Shown here one piece after another: positions 62,453 through 64,000 of a stretch of DNA of 64,000 bases. Position 1 is the first letter of the stretch, and each line of letters starts with the position of its first letter. Made by a program: the position numbers and the translations under genes. Under the pieces are notes generated by a model. It was not told the origin of the DNA. It saw only the letters and a program-made list of their open reading frames with translations, and searched no databases. Source of the DNA: Planctomycetota bacterium. Its GTDB lineage: Bacteria > Planctomycetota > Brocadiia > CAIUPP01. The stretch lies in assembly GCA_022705425.1 (NCBI GenBank), contig JAKJEM010000001.1, positions 104,253 to 168,252 on the forward strand. Reading direction: 5' to 3'.

Positions 62453-63564
62453 TGTGCGGCCTCCGCCAACGTCCGGCGATAGACCTCGGTGGTGCGCTCG
62501 ACCATGCGCGTCATGGAGAACTCCGTTGCCACGCGCTGCCGGCCCGCTTCGCCGAGGGCGCGGCGGCGCGGCGCATCGCGCAGCAGAGCGGCCAGCGCAT
62601 CAGCCAGGGCGGGGGCGTCGCGCGGAGGGATCAGCAGGCCGGTGCGGCCGTCCTCGACGGCCTCCGGCGTTCCGTTCACCCGCGTGGCCGCCACGGCCCG
62701 GCGGGCGGCCATGGCCTCGAGGACCACATTCGGCAATCCCTCCCACAGCGAGGGCAGCGCCAGAAGGTCGAAGCGCCCCATCAACGCCGGGACATCCAGC
62801 CGCAATCCCAGGAAGCGCACCTGCTCCGCCACTCCCGACGCGCGCGCCAGACGGCGGAGCGCATCCTCCTCCGGTCCCGCCCCGGCGATCCACACCTGGA
62901 AGGGCGGCGCCTTCTGGCGGCGCAGCAGCGCGGCGGCCTCGATCAACCAGGGGAAACCCTTCTGCGGCTCCAGTCGGGCCACAGCGCCGATCACCGCCGC
63001 GTCGGCGCTCTCCGGCACGGGGCCTTGCAGCGGTCGCGCGGCGGCGTCGTCGAACTCCACGAGATCGAAGCCGTTGTGGATGACCTCGATCTTCTTCTCC
63101 GGCAGGCCGATGCGCTCGACGAGAAAGCGGCGCACGGCGTAAGCGTTTGTCAGGATGCGCGCGGTGGGGCGCGTCAGTGCGCGATCGGTCGCCCGGCGCA
63201 GCGGCCCCTTCCACACATCCGCCGCCCGCTCGGAGGCGATGATCACCCGCGTTCCCGCCGCCAGGGCCGCCGCGCGGCCCAGGGTATTCGCCGTCGGCAG
63301 CCAGGTGTGGACGAGGTCCGGGCGGAAGCGCCGTATGAGGGCGACCAGGCGGGGGAGGACGCTCAGGTCCCAGCGTCCGCGCTTATGCAGGACATGGACG
63401 GGAATCGCCGCGCGACGCAGGTCTTCCTCCAGTGGGCCGCCGCGCGTCAGCGCGCAGACCGCCGGCTCGAACTCCCCGCGCGGAAGGCGGCGGCAGAGAT
63501 GCGCCATCTGGCGTTCCGCCCCGGCGGGGTCGAGTGTCGCGATGACGTACAGCACACGCTTCAA
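62449..63564 (-). CDS. glycosyltransferase family 4 (GT-B, RfaG-like)
   Basis: C-terminal motif ...LLALPSLWEGLPNVVLEAMAARRAVAATRVNGTPEAVEDGRTGLLIPP is the GT4 EX7E region. Confidence 0.8.
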   Translation of the reverse strand: MKRVLYVIATLDPAGAERQMAHLCRRLPRGEFEPAVCALTRGGPLEEDLRRAAIPVHVLHKRGRWDLSVLPRLVALIRRFRPDLVHTWLPTANTLGRAAALAAGTRVIIASERAADVWKGPLRRATDRALTRPTARILTNAYAVRRFLVERIGLPEKKIEVIHNGFDLVEFDDAAARPLQGPVPESADAAVIGAVARLEPQKGFPWLIEAAALLRRQKAPPFQVWIAGAGPEEDALRRLARASGVAEQVRFLGLRLDVPALMGRFDLLALPSLWEGLPNVVLEAMAARRAVAATRVNGTPEAVEDGRTGLLIPPRDAPALADALAALLRDAPRRRALGEAGRQRVATEFSMTRMVERTTEVYRRTLAEAAQ

Positions 63565-63616
63565 GGCGCCCTTCCTTCCGAGGGAATCGCACGCGCGGCA
63601 CCCAGGGCGGCGGGAG

Positions 63617-64000
63617 CTACTCCGGTCGTGCCGCCACAGCCATGATCTCGAATTCGTCGAGTTGCAGAGGCGCGCGGTTCCACTGGCCGGCCGTCCCTCC
63701 CCAGAAATGGAGCGGCTTCAGTCCGGCGCGCTCGAAGAGCAGTGTCAACTCCGGCGCGGTGAAGCCCCGCTCGCGCAGGCGCAGTGCCGGCGCGCCGGGT
63801 GCGGGAGGCATGTCCGAGACCTCGGAGAGCGTCAGCGGGTCGAAGGCGCCCGTGGCAACGTCCTCCGGCGTGTGCCCCCGGATGATGCGCATGGCGTTCA
63901 GGACGGTCAGGAGCACGCGCGCGCCCGGCTTCAGGCTCCGCCGGATGTTGCCCAGAATGGCGGCCGGCTGGGCAAGGGCGTCGCCGGAAGTCTCCAACAG
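63617..64000 (-). CDS. class I SAM-dependent methyltransferase, C-terminal part (gene continues beyond the window end)
   Basis: The ORF is open at the window edge. ...GARVLLTVLNAMRII... and the C-terminal region are consistent with a Methyltransf_11/25-like domain. Confidence 0.5.
   Translation of the reverse strand: MLETSGDALAQPAAILGNIRRSLKPGARVLLTVLNAMRIIRGHTPEDVATGAFDPLTLSEVSDMPPAPGAPALRLRERGFTAPELTLLFERAGLKPLHFWGGTAGQWNRAPLQLDEFEIMAVAARPE

Overview
This is a high-GC bacterial chromosomal window with Shine-Dalgarno-type ribosome-binding sites. The left third (1-20.9 kb) is ordinary chromosome. It contains a tandem array of paralogous secreted right-handed beta-helix proteins with a glycoside-hydrolase-like gene, an ACP-like membrane protein, an FMN-binding secreted protein, and a dense signalling cluster. 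That cluster holds a PAS histidine kinase with a LuxR response regulator, a PAS-GGDEF cyclase, a large membrane sensor kinase, a stand-alone REC, and a REC fused to an RsbW-like kinase. It ends with a lactonase, a URO-D-like gene and a nitroreductase. The central ~33.4 kb (about 20953-54337) looks like an integrated genomic island. It is bounded by a 55-bp direct repeat (20898-20952 and 54338-54392) that equals the 3' end of a tRNA-Met(CAT) gene (54343-54418, minus strand). A tyrosine integrase, an Xis-like HTH protein and an AlpA-like regulator sit at the tRNA-proximal end. The island cargo is almost entirely defence. (i) A DISARM class-1-like operon on the plus strand has a DrmD-like SNF2 helicase, a small low-GC ORF, and a 1758-aa DrmMI-like N6-adenine methyltransferase with an in-frame tandem-repeat insertion. 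It ends with a 1790-aa DEAD/DEAH helicase that has a Cys-rich DrmA/DrmB-like body and a C-terminal DUF559-like endonuclease domain; no PLD DrmC is present. (ii) A low-GC MqsR-like toxin and an MqsA-HTH::Panacea fusion antitoxin are inserted inside that operon. (iii) A compact type III CRISPR-Cas locus on the minus strand (cas6-cas10-csm2-csm3-csm4-cas1-cas2) has about 30 repeats and a CARF-HEPN Csx1-like gene beyond the array. An IS3 orfA remnant separates the DISARM and CRISPR modules. To the right of the tRNA lie a formylglycine-generating-enzyme fusion protein, a sulfatase, an AraC regulator, glycosyltransferases and a partial methyltransferase. Many long antisense ORFs in the six-frame track are artefacts of high GC and were not called.
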